This document shows positions 23,959 through 34,216 of a DNA stretch of 34,216 bases, one piece after another (the stretch's first letter is position 1; the number at the start of each line of letters is the position of its first letter). The notes below the pieces were generated by a model. The model had not been told where the DNA came from, did no database searches, and saw only the letters and a list, made by a program, of their open reading frames with translations. This DNA comes from Vezdaea acicularis (Eukaryota). A program made the translations under genes and the position numbers. The stretch covers positions 1-34,216 of the forward strand of contig JAPEUI010000154.1 in NCBI GenBank assembly GCA_026025075.1, read 5' to 3'.

Positions 23959-25882
23959 ATGCGTCGAGCGGCAGTTCAAGCATTTCATACCGCTCGTCGT
24001 GCTCCTTTTCGCAGGCTGTTATGGCATCCCAGCCTTCCCCAAAACTTCTCTAGTCATGTCTTAGGGCTACGGACGGCCTCATCCTCGAGGCATGAGCCTG
24101 GTGCCATCACGCCCCTACATTCGGGCATGTACTTTCGCAACTTTTCTGTCGCTCTGATATCAACCTTGGGTGGTATCGGCGCTTGGTATGCGTATCAGGG
24201 GGAGTCGCCGATCTCAAGAGGGACGTTCGGACCAGGTGCGAGTCCAGTAAACGGCGGATCCATCCAGCAATCCAGGGGGTTGACCTCCGCAAGCGTCTAT
24301 TCGAATGCGCCTAACTCTGGATCAACCGAAGTGAGTGCAGCTGAGGTAACGGAATCGACTCGACGGGCAGTAGTCGTTGATGACGAAGGGTTTTACTCTG
24401 GCTCCATAGTTGGCGACGGACCGCTGCAGAAGACTACGGACGACGCAGGGCGCAAAGTTCTAGAGATGCTAACACCTGATCAAGCTACGGAGAAGCTACG
24501 GAGGAACGAAGAGTCATACATTGTCGGACGTGGTCAGGGGGTTGTTCGATATGATGTGGTACAGAGTCCGAGCAACGATCCGATTGAAGATGATCACTCG
24601 GAGAAGATAGTCCCAGTCCCAAATGCCAGCACTCTCTCGGGTGAGGGTGGGGACTGGATGTTCTGGGGCGTCTATGATGGGCACAGGTATGCATCAACGA
24701 CATGTCATTCAGAAGCGTAGCTGACTATGGTGGCACAGTGGCTGGACAACGTCTGCAAAGCTCCGTCAAGTCCTGATCAATTTCGTTGCCCGTGAACTCA
24801 ATACTACATACAACTCCGCCCCCAAAAGCACCCTTCCATCACCAGAATCGATCGACTCTGCGATCAAAAAGGGGTTCCTACGGCTCGACCATGAGATTGT
24901 CCACGAAAGCGTCGATAAAGTGCTCAAAGCCAACTCCAAGCGCGTGGCTGCCGAGCTCTTGGCTCCTGCCCTCTCCGGATCCTGCGCCCTCCTCTCCTTC
25001 TACGACAGCAGATCTAAGCTGCTTCGAGTCGCATGCACAGGCGATTCGCGAGCTGTGCTGGGGCGCCGTGGGCCCAGCGGAAAGTGGATCGCAACCGCAC
25101 TCTCGTCCGACCAGACCGGCGGCAACGAAGACGAAGCCGCTCGAATACGCAAAGAACACCCCGGCGAGAAAGACGTCGTTATGAATGGCCGCGTCTGGGG
25201 AGGTCTAGAGCCCTCCCGAGCATTCGGAGACTCCTTCTACAAGTGGACGACCGACACCCAGGAAAAGATCAAGATGTCATTCTTCGGCCGCACGCCTTCG
25301 AATCGCTGCAAAACGCCACCGTACGTCACCGCCGAACCGGTCGTCACGACCACCAAGGTCGAGCCGGAAAGGGGAGACTTTGTCGTCATGGCCACGGACG
25401 GCTTGTGGGAGATGCTCACGAACGAAGAGGTTGTAGGGCTCGTAGGGCAATGGATAGACACACAAGCCTCCAACAACTCCAAAAACAACTCCGCCCGAAA
25501 GAACAACTCATGGCTCACCAGCCTCTTCGGCGGCCCCTCCCAAGGAACCCTCCCCGTCGAAAAAGCCCCCGCCGACAGCGAAACAGGCGGCCAGCGCGCC
25601 CCCGTGCGCCAGCGCCAATGGGGCGTCACCGCCAACGAACACCAACGCTTCGTCGTCGAGGACAAGAACGCCGCTACCCACCTCGTCCGCAACGCGCTTG
25701 GTGGCGCCGATAGGGATATGGTCTGTGCTTTACTTACCCTCCCCAGTCCCTATTCGAGACGGTATAGGGATGATTTGACGGTCGAAGTCATTTTCTTTGG
25801 GGAAGGGGCGGAGGGGGGCGAGGTAGTGTTGAATCGGGAGGCGACGGCGCCAAGGAAGGAGGGGGTTAGGGCTAAGCTTTAG
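23959..25882 (+). CDS. PTC5: PP2C-family protein phosphatase Ptc5 (pyruvate dehydrogenase phosphatase-like), ~623 aa
   Basis: Exons 23959-24686 and 24739-25882. SNDPIEDDH, FWGVYDGHS|GW, ACTGDSRAVLG, LEPSRAFGD, MATDGLWE, NAATHLVRNALGG and YRDDLTV; ends RAKL. Confidence 0.92.
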
Positions 25883-26009
25883 GGGTGGGTGGTCGTAATT
25901 TATACCCATTTATCCACACGCACTCATGGATATGTCCCTATGCGTATAATTTAGCACGTAGAGTGAGCGAGTAAGCGGCCCTCTCCGTGCGTGGACCCCG
26001 TGTGAATAG

Positions 26010-26450
26010 CCCCTGTCCCCTACACCACTCCCTCTCTCCTCTCCCGCTCCTCGCCAGTCTATCTCAACCCGCCCCAACAATCTCCAACCAAACAAACAAA
26101 AACCCCTTTCCTTCCCCCCTCTCCCCTTCACCAGTCGATGCAGAACCATATTTCCCCCCCCCCCCCAGCCTTCGAGATAAAGATGGGGGAAGACGTTATT
26201 GGGGGGGTCCGCAAGTATCGTAGCTACTAGCACAAGCCAGTCCCGCGGTAGTGGGAGAGAGCGAGGATGGAGGAGGCAGAGGGGTAGGTGGGGATGGGTG
26301 GAGGATAGGATGGGTGGAGGGTGTGGATGGGGAGCTTCGTGTGGATAAGATAGGTGGGAGGAAGGGTGAGAGGAAGGGCGGAAGATTGGTGACAAGCTGG
26401 GTTGAGGATGAGAAGGGGAGGGGAGGGGAGCGGTTAGTTTGCGTTTTGCT
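26010..26450. repeat. Low-complexity C-rich block followed by G-rich block
   Basis: 26010-26170 is C-rich and includes a C homopolymer at about 26154-26166. 26180-26430 is a G/A-rich block with many GG/GGG runs. Confidence 0.8.
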
Positions 26451-26569
26451 CCAACGGCGCAAGCTAATGCAAGCAAAAGGGGGCAGCAGTTATAGACGAA
26501 TTCCCCGATTTCCTTCCTCCCCTTCTAGTCACCTATTTATCGGAGCAAAACGAAGAGAAGAAAAACACG

Positions 26570-26574
<5 letters not shown>

Positions 26575-26610
<36 letters not shown>
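26575..26610. repeat. (AC)18 microsatellite
   Basis: Perfect AC dinucleotide run 26575-26610, preceded by degenerate ACGC units, in the PTC5-DNF1 convergent intergenic region. Confidence 0.95.
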
Positions 26611-26613
<3 letters not shown>

Positions 26614-26908
26614 GGGAGAAAGAGGATAATAATGACAAGAAAAACACAAAACTGTCTTTCGGCGTCAAACGGGCTTTCAGGGCAAAACAAAAACAAACGA
26701 GGATGCAAATCGCCGGAAAAAACCAGTCCCCCCAGAAAAAAACAAACGCCGCCGGTGCATGCAGAGAGCGGGGGTGGCAGAGAGGAGGAGGATATAAGAG
26801 ATTTAGATTGTTGGCTATGTGTGTATTTTTACGTGAGTGACTGAGAGAGAAAGTTGGGGCCGGGAAGACAGGGAGAGAGCGAGTGAATTGAAGTGGGATG
26901 AGATGAGG

Positions 26909-29900
26909 TCATCGTAGTTCCGAAGTAATATCGTTGCCACGTCGGCTCGTCGTCCGCGAATGGCTCGACTCGAGTCGAATCAAGCGGTTAGCGGAGGTAA
27001 AGTCATGACTGGCCTCGAAGCTCGGACGAATACGATCCATCGACGCTCTGGCGCGTTCGTACGACGGTCGTGGGCGATCCAGCGAGATGCGATTGGGCCG
27101 TTCCAGAGACTCGCGATGACGGGTATACTCAGTCCCGTCGCTGCCGCTCTGGCTGCGCGGGTTGTGCGTCGTGGCGGTGTGGGTGACGGAGGGTGGGTAG
27201 ATGGGTCTTTCATCGTCAGCAACGTTCTGTTCGCGGCGCGGTACGGCGGGCTTTAGGATCTCGGACGAGGTGGACGAGCCGGTGGGTGAAGGAACGTACT
27301 CGTCAGAGTCAAGGTGGGCATATTTGCCCTGACTGATCTGCTCGCGAATGATGTCTACGTCGCGCGGGAAGTAGACCTTCTGGATCGTCTTCGAGACGAG
27401 TCGAGGGAGGAGCGCGATGGCGATGGTGATGAGAAGGACACACCAGAACGAGAGTTGTCCGAAGACTTCCGGCGCGGCTTTGAAGAAGTTGTTTGCAGTC
27501 GCGGATGCGGTCCAGACTCCAGTCCAGAAGAAGACAAGCCCGATGCTGAGAGCGACGATGAGGAGCATCAACCAATCCCATCGGTAGGTGTTCATCAGTA
27601 TGTAGAGATTGACCACAGCTACATCCGAGGTAGCGACGTACACGCCCATGCGTTTGGTGTCGTCCACCCCTTGTCCACTCTTGGTAGCGCTTGCACCCGG
27701 TCGGAAGAGTAGGTAGCTGACATAGAAGCAGATTACCGACTGGTAGATCCCGTCAAGCATGTAGACCCTAGAAACATAAGTTAGCTTTAATTCAACCGCA
27801 ATACTCTAATGATCAGTAAACTAACCAGAATTTGACCTGAGTCCATTCCTTCCGCTCGATGCCACGTCTGTACAACTGAGGTACGGCTAGTGATACCTTA
27901 TCGCTAACATCCTGGTCCAGAACTCCCATGAGGATGACCGCAAGAGAAGTGAAAGCCAAATTGACCAACAGGATGTACGTGTAGTCAAATAGATAAGTCG
28001 TATCAAAGTTGTTGTAGATCTGATACCAGAAAAGAGCAAATGTCCAGACGATATTCTTCATCATCTTAGTACGATGTTGGCACGCAGCAATGGGAAGAGA
28101 ATCATACCTTGTAAAAGAAGTTGGCAATACACTCGCCGAGCCTCCGATAGGACCACCTCCCGTGTACGAGAATTAGTCTCTGCAGGAAACGGAATTGACC
28201 AATGGCATAGTCCGCAGACATGACAGCCTGACGGCCTTCTTCACCAGCGATACCAACTCCAACATCAGCTTCTTGAATCATGGCGACGTCGTTAGCTCCA
28301 TCACCAATCGATAGTGTCATCACATCGAGGCTCTTCTTCACCAGTTGGACGACAGCAGCCTTCTGACTCGGGCTGACCCGGCAACAGAGAACAGACCTGC
28401 ACTCCTTGCAAAGTAGAAGGAACTTCTGCTTCAGGTGATCCTCGAGTACGAGCGTAAGCGCATCGCCATCGATGACAATAGCGTGAGTAGGGCCCGGCGC
28501 CTCGTGGTTCTTTCTAGCAGCCTTGAGCTCCTCGTCCGAGCCTGTGATGTTGAATGTCTTGAGATGTTTTTCCAGCTCAATCTCCGCAGCCTCTATGCTG
28601 TTCTCTGGAACCCTGAAAACAATGAGGTCCATGTCGTTGGATAAGAGATTGCACGAGAAACCAATATTGATGGCTGTCTCGACTTTGTCTCCCGTCAGGA
28701 CCCACAGCTTAATTCCAGCGTCCGCAAGCAGAGCAATCGTAGCAGGCACTCCGTCTTGTAGTCGATCCTCGATTGCGGTGCCTCCGAGTAAAGTAAGGTC
28801 TTGCTCTATCTCATCAGACACTTCTTCTAGCTTGTCTTCTCTGTCTTGCACTGCCGCCGCAGCGATGTCGTGTCTGACACTCCACTCCTGATATTCTTCC
28901 TCACTAAGGACCTTCTGTGCAACGCAAAGCGTACGTAAACCTTCGCGGGCAAACATCTCCAGATGCTCGGCGGTGTTCTTCCGAAGCCCAGGCTGCTGGT
29001 CGGGTACAAGCCGTGAATAAATGACGCTGTCGGCTCCCTTGCAGTAGAGAACAATCTGGTTTGTGTCGGGCATACGAATAATTGCACTCATCCTTTTCCG
29101 AGACGAATTGAACTCCAAGGTATTGAGGACCTGATACTCCTTCTCGACACCCAAGGAATTTATTATGATCCCTTCGGTCGTCCGTCCTAGAACAGTGAAA
29201 CCGCAATCTCTTGCGGTAGCGACGAGAGCAGCTTCATCAGGTGATTGTGCCTTGAAGTCTATCTTCGGCGATTCTCCAGGTATCTTTTCGCTGATGACGG
29301 TATGGCAAAGTGCAAGAGCCAACATAAAGTCGAAATTGGCCTTTTTCTGCTCATCCCCCGAGTCGCCAGCGAGGTCGCTGACAAAGTCCGGCGCAACGAA
29401 CGTCAGATTCTCGTCGTAGAGGTAGGGGTTAGCGTGGATTTCTCTCATCTCCCTCAACATCTTGACTTTATCCTCTGCAATCTGCGCATGAGCTTTCGCA
29501 CCTTCCTCTTCGACGTTGATGCCTTGTCGTTTCTGCATACCCGCTTGAGCTTCTGTGTAAGCTTCGCCGTAGGGAACGCTGTTGATGGTGCACTTCTTGA
29601 ACTCCATGACGTTCTGAGTCAACGTCCCTGTCTTGTCCGAAAAGATGTACTCAATTTGGCCCACATCATCAGAAATATTCCATGACTTTGGGGTACAGGG
29701 GTAGTCGAGCTTTTCGTAGTACATCAAAACGTCGCTGTAGATGAAAAATGCCTGAAGCGTCTTGACTATCTCAAGCGAGATGTAAAGGGAGATGGGCACC
29801 AAGTTTTGGAAGAGGATAAGAGCGGCCCAGAATGTGATGAAAGCGCCTAGTCCAGGGGTATTACCGATTTCTCCATACTCGAAGAATCGGATTGAGGTAT

Positions 29901-31631
29901 CGCTTTTGCCCCAGATGACTCCTTGCACGATAGCCGACACCAAGCACATGAAGAAGAGGATGACGAAATTGTAGATGACATCCCAATTGAGTTCTCGAGA
30001 GATTCGGGACCTTTTGCTCGGCGTGGCTCCAGAGTTGAGTATGATCTTCGACTCGGTTCCTGTAAAGATCACGACCGCAAGGACCCATTCCGTATTCCGA
30101 AGATTGCATCCTCTGAGGAGAAGATTGTGGATAGAGACTGCTTCTGCCATGTCTCGAAGTTCACCATCTGGCTTCGAGGGGTCTCTCTGCTTCCAACGAG
30201 CGACTCCACTGTACTGATAAAGGTTGGCATGTGGAGCCTCGCTCTCAATGACAAACTCCGTCTTCTCACAATCCTGAGCGTGTTTCACTTTCCGACCAGC
30301 CCTTAATGCTTCCCTCACTTTAAGATTCGTTTCTCCGTCCAGGTTCTTCGTCTCGACGTAGCAGGCGCCATCAGGATCTGAAGTAGACAGAATGACGACA
30401 TCTGCTGGTATCTGATCACCATTATATATCCGCACAAAGTCTCCCACCTGGACGCTCTTCCAGTAATCCTTCTTGAACCGAGCTTTTCCAGATGTCTCTT
30501 TTTCTTCGTTCATCAAACTGCCATAAAAGCGAGCAGGTGGCTGCGGCTTGGCATGCCCATTTGCGGCTTCTGCCTCCACATCACCGTCTGGCTCGAAAGA
30601 AAATGCCGTGTCTGGCCTGTGGTTAGGGTTGTGGGAGTCTTTAACATTCAAGTAATCTGATGGAGGGTTCTGCCCCGGAAGTGGAGAAGGTACGGGAGTC
30701 AGTTGGATCCCTTCTTCAGCGTGGCTGTGGGCAGATAGGAATGATGTTCGGTGAGATCGTGTCGAGTATACGGATGTTCGTGGCGTTCGTCTTGTTTCTT
30801 CCGAAGGTCGTGCTTCATCTAGAGCTCGTTCCGCATATGTTTTGCCCTTGGATTTCCTTCCCTTCCTTCGCTTGAAGAGTCCAAAAAAGGTGACGAGACC
30901 ATGAGATGTCGCCTTCTTGATCCTTCGCCATAGGGAGACGTCGTCACCTGCAGAATTAACATTGTTCCAGTCAACGAGTCGGTACACGGGTGAGTTATTA
31001 AGTTCGTTATCCAGGACCGTCCTTCTATAGTCTTCAATTGCATCTTTTATAGCCGTTGCCGTAAGAACGACGATCAGCGGTACGGTCGATAGACCAGGAT
31101 TTGTTGCGCCGAAATCCGGGAAGAACTAAAGCCCGTGTCAGATGCGCCGTATCGCTCGGGTATAGAGTCGGTGTGACTTACAGAGAGAATGAGAATAAAT
31201 AAGAAATAGACGTTCGCGACGTTATGAAATTGAAACCACAGATTTTTGGGGACAAAGCTGAGCGGCGTATACCTTGCCGTCCTTATCTTATTCCGTTCAA
31301 ACTGGGTGAGTGGATAGCCGTTCTGATCTCTCGCGTCGTCAGGGAGCTGCATATTGAAGAAGATTCTCCTCTTCGAGATCGCCTCGGCCTCGGCCTCTGC
31401 CGCGACGCTGCCATCCTCTGTACCCTCGGCTTCCTCTTGAACTCCGCTCAAGTGAGAGCCATGCGATCCTCCCGACTCTCTCTTCTCCGTGGACGAGGTT
31501 CGCTTGTGAAATCTTTCCAAGATCGAATGCCGCTTCCTCCGTCCACTCTGACCTGACACCCGCTGCGTTGCCCACCGTATCCTCTTGATTGGCGTCGAGA
31601 CATTGCCGTCTCGAGCTGGCGCCACTGCCAT
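26909..31631 (-). CDS. DNF1: P4-type ATPase phospholipid flippase, Dnf1/Dnf2 clade, ~1518 aa
   Basis: Exons 31631-31182, 31125-28108, 28055-27826 and 27767-26909. NKIRTARYTPLSFVPKNL, DGETNLK, QNLVPISL, FSDKTGTLT, KGAD, LTGDK and GDGANDVAMIQ. A GA motif after TM1 and a long insert after TM2 are typical of Dnf1/2. Confidence 0.95.
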
Positions 31632-32318
31632 GGTGCAAATGCCTCAGAGGAGCGCAAGCCAGAGGTTCCAACGGGCTTTGCCCTTTGCCCCGAATGGGGG
31701 AGTGTTCGCTCCTGGCCGGTCTGATGATGAGAGCTGCGCTTGCAGATACTTCGGCTCTATAACCGTGACATCCAGACGCGGTGATTTAGTGGAGTCGTAG
31801 GTCGTGCGATTAGAGACGATCCGGTCATGGATGATTGAAACGAGTGCGAAACCGATTGCACGGGGGTGCTGCGGATGAAACCACCCATACACAAAAGTGA
31901 AAACGGACGGCGTCAAGCGTATCGAAGGAGGTCCGGTCGGGAGATTGTGATGATGGCGAGGTCAAAGAGAGACGGGCAGGGTGAAGCAGGGAACGTGGCT
32001 CGATTTCACGGTGCGGCGATCGCAGAGCAGTCTTTGTAGTATCGACAGGAAAAGACCTGAAAAGACGACGTCGCAATGGGAGGACGGCGGATGCGGGCGG
32101 CGGGCAGGAGAAGTCCTGGCGTGTTGGTGAGGGATGGAGCGAGCGAGTCGGGGTTGGGTAGCTGCAGCCGCGGTTTGGCGAGAAAATCGAGCTTAGTGAG
32201 CAGCGGTGCGACTGGCTCGACTGGCTCGACTCGCCCGTCTGGTCCTCGACTTCGTCCGCGCGGGCGGAAAATGGAAGAAAGGAGGCCCGCGTCGGGGGCT
32301 GGATCCCGCGCGGCGGAC

Positions 32319-32371
32319 CTAACAGGCAAAAGGGACAACTTAACGCCGAATGGCGGGCTCAGGAGACTTAC
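32319..32371 (-). other. Probable 5'UTR intron of the DNF1 transcript
   Basis: Minus strand reads GTAAGTCTCC...GTTAAGTTGTCCCTTTTGCCTGTTAG: a 53-nt element with a perfect donor, pyrimidine tract and TAG, matching local intron sizes. Confidence 0.5.
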
Positions 32372-32591
32372 TCAGGAGACGACTATACTCGTACACCTAC
32401 GGCTGCGGTTGTCACGAAGGCGGAGGCAGAGGGGGGCGTAGAGGACATGATACGACGTGAGATTGGTCCCTCGCGCCATGACCAACGTTCTTAATGTCCA
32501 GATCAGCTCGTGAGGGCAGCTGTGCGCCCTTCCACGCGCTCCGCCGGCCTTTCTCGTCAGCGGGGGCCGTGTCGAGATGAAACGAGATGAA

Positions 32592-32640
32592 CCCTTTTTC
32601 CCTTTTTCCACCTTTCCCTCCATTTCCCTCCTTTTTGCAC
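32592..32640 (+). promoter_or_regulatory. Pyrimidine-rich (CT-box-like) tract in the divergent promoter region
   Basis: Near-pure C/T tract (ccctttttccctttttccacctttccctccatttccctcctttttg). CT-rich tracts commonly accompany transcription starts in filamentous fungi. Confidence 0.35.
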
Positions 32641-33754
32641 CAATTCCGACCTTACGCGGTCCGGCCGGCCGCTTGGTGCCGAGCTTTGATCCGTTGCAAG
32701 TCCCCACCCAAGCCACACGAATCTTTAGCAGTCACTCTCTCGCGCTGTCGGTGCGATCAAGAAAGATAGATATTCATGAGATGGCGTGCGTCACCACACA
32801 CGCCTCTTGCTGAGGCGTGCAGAGCTGATCTCATCGCACAGCCGCATCATCATGGATCTCCCCCGTGGGTTCCCTCATGACCGGCGCAGCGGCCTTTGGA
32901 TAGCGCATGGCTCGGCGCCGGGACACTGACAGCTTTTCCTGATGCGGGCGCGCCTTGGCACGTCGATTTATGCGCGTGCAATGTGGATTAGTGTCCAGCG
33001 TGTTTTGTGAAAGCGTCGGCGCCGGCCTCAATACGCTCCGAGTGTATCGAGGGCACCCCCAAAAGGGCAATCCACGCACGACGCGGCTCTTGGCCTCGAA
33101 CAGCATCTACCAATATCTACATGATCTTGAGACGCAGATACTTTGCAATTGCCGAACTAGAAAGTCCCGATTTGCCTTGGATTTTATGAGCCTAATTCGG
33201 TCTTCGCTTGCTTGTGAAATCCATGGGTATAAATCCCGAGTAGTCTTTAATTGCCATCGATGGTTGACGTCCAAGATCCGAGTTGCCCAGAGTATATAAG
33301 AATGCCCAGACATCTTGGCAACCCGTCGTCTTGTCTGATCTTACGCTTTCATGTCCGTATGGGTCTTCTAAGCATGCTGCTACCTTAATTCCCCTCCCCA
33401 CTGCCGTAGTCATGGCCAATTGCCGCGAGCCGATCGTTGTGACCGTGATGGGCATCTCGCTTGAAGCAGCTGAGAATACTCAGCTGCAGCAGATTTGGGG
33501 GGGCTCCTCCCAGTCACGGGACAGCCATATTCGATCGAATTTGGGCTGTACATTATAACGGTCAATCAGTATCAATTGTTCCGATCTGAAAACAATGTCT
33601 GCGCCCAGAGTTTCATGTACATGTTTCCACGCTCTAACAATCCTCCAATCAACCGCAATGTCGTGATCCCGCGACTTCACGCGATCCCGGCGAGACACGA
33701 ATCGCGTGGCATTTTGCCGACAAGGGCCGAATTTTTGAAGGAAGAACATCGTCG

Positions 33755-34216
33755 ATGGCAGCCAAACGACATCGAGCCGATTTTTTCAAGCCGTATGTCC
33801 CAGCAAGACCCCGTGTGAGTTTTCAAGATGATTCCGAGGCGGCGGCAGAGCCCATCAATACCCGTAAGCGCCGTGGTGCAGAAGCCGAAAAGGCGCCCCA
33901 CCTCCCCCCCTCATCTCAGAGCCAGGTAGAATCAAATCAGCCAAACGTAAAGTCGACCAAGAGTTCTCCTGATTCCGAAAGACAGCCGAGGACTGCGGTT
34001 GACCGGCAGCCCAACGATAACATGGGCAACGAGCAATCAAGCCCTCTAAGCTCCGCGCCGCCATCTACCCAAGATGGGCCGATCACAATGGACGTGGCTG
34101 AGCCGGCCGGTGTTAGAGCGGGAGGCAGAAGCGGAACAGCAAGTATACACTCGTCTCCTCCAGAGGGCCATGCCATCACAAGAAGCGAGAATGGGTCGAA
34201 AGACGGCAGGCCGGAA
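33755..34216 (+). CDS. Hypothetical protein, N-terminal part (disordered, S/P/E-rich); runs off window
   Basis: The frame is open from the stop at 33635-33637 to the window end. First ATG 33755 gives MAAKRHRADFFKPYVPARPRVSFQDDSEAAAEPINTRKRRGAEAEK..., 154 stop-free codons with an NLS-like RKRR. It is absent from the ORF track because no stop lies inside the window. Confidence 0.65.
   Translation, partial: MAAKRHRADFFKPYVPARPRVSFQDDSEAAAEPINTRKRRGAEAEKAPHLPPSSQSQVESNQPNVKSTKSSPDSERQPRTAVDRQPNDNMGNEQSSPLSSAPPSTQDGPITMDVAEPAGVRAGGRSGTASIHSSPPEGHAITRSENGSKDGRPE

Noticed and set aside
25033..25713. 226-aa Arg-rich alternative-frame ORF inside PTC5
   Set aside because: It is a shadow frame caused by C-ending codon bias that depletes stop codons.
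25910..26844. ORFs of 188 aa (-) and 197 aa (+) between PTC5 and DNF1
   Set aside because: They are products of low-complexity C/G-rich DNA and the AC microsatellite (poly-HT translation) and have no protein-like features.
26960..31671. Many antisense or off-frame ORFs within DNF1 (also within RQC1, MRS2 and GET1)
   Set aside because: They are fully nested in confident CDSs and carry no motifs.

Overview
Gene-dense, intron-containing nuclear DNA from a filamentous ascomycete (Pezizomycotina-type: mostly 46-120 nt GT-AG introns, CTRAY-like branch sites). I reconstructed 16 protein-coding genes by manual splicing, 14 complete and 2 truncated by the window edges. In order: S10 serine carboxypeptidase (partial), SOK1, WBP11-like splicing factor, VMA4, MAP2, mitochondrial J-protein, POR1, an uncharacterised membrane protein, GET1, PTAR1/ECM9-like, RQC1, a C-factor-like SDR, MRS2/LPE10, PTC5, a DNF1/2 flippase, and a partial ORF missing from the ORF track. 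All complete models have spliced lengths divisible by 3 and restore family motifs across junctions. I found no tRNA, rRNA, CRISPR, transposon or secondary-metabolite cluster, and no evidence of a new multi-gene pathway; this is a housekeeping region. The unusual signals are architectural: perfect strand alternation of all 16 genes, 7 of 29 introns ending in AAG, repeated C-rich to G-rich skew switches that cut through coding exons, a Ptc5 with presequence + TM + PTS1, and a structured, stop-free in-frame POR1 intron. Gene names rest on motif recognition, not database searches.
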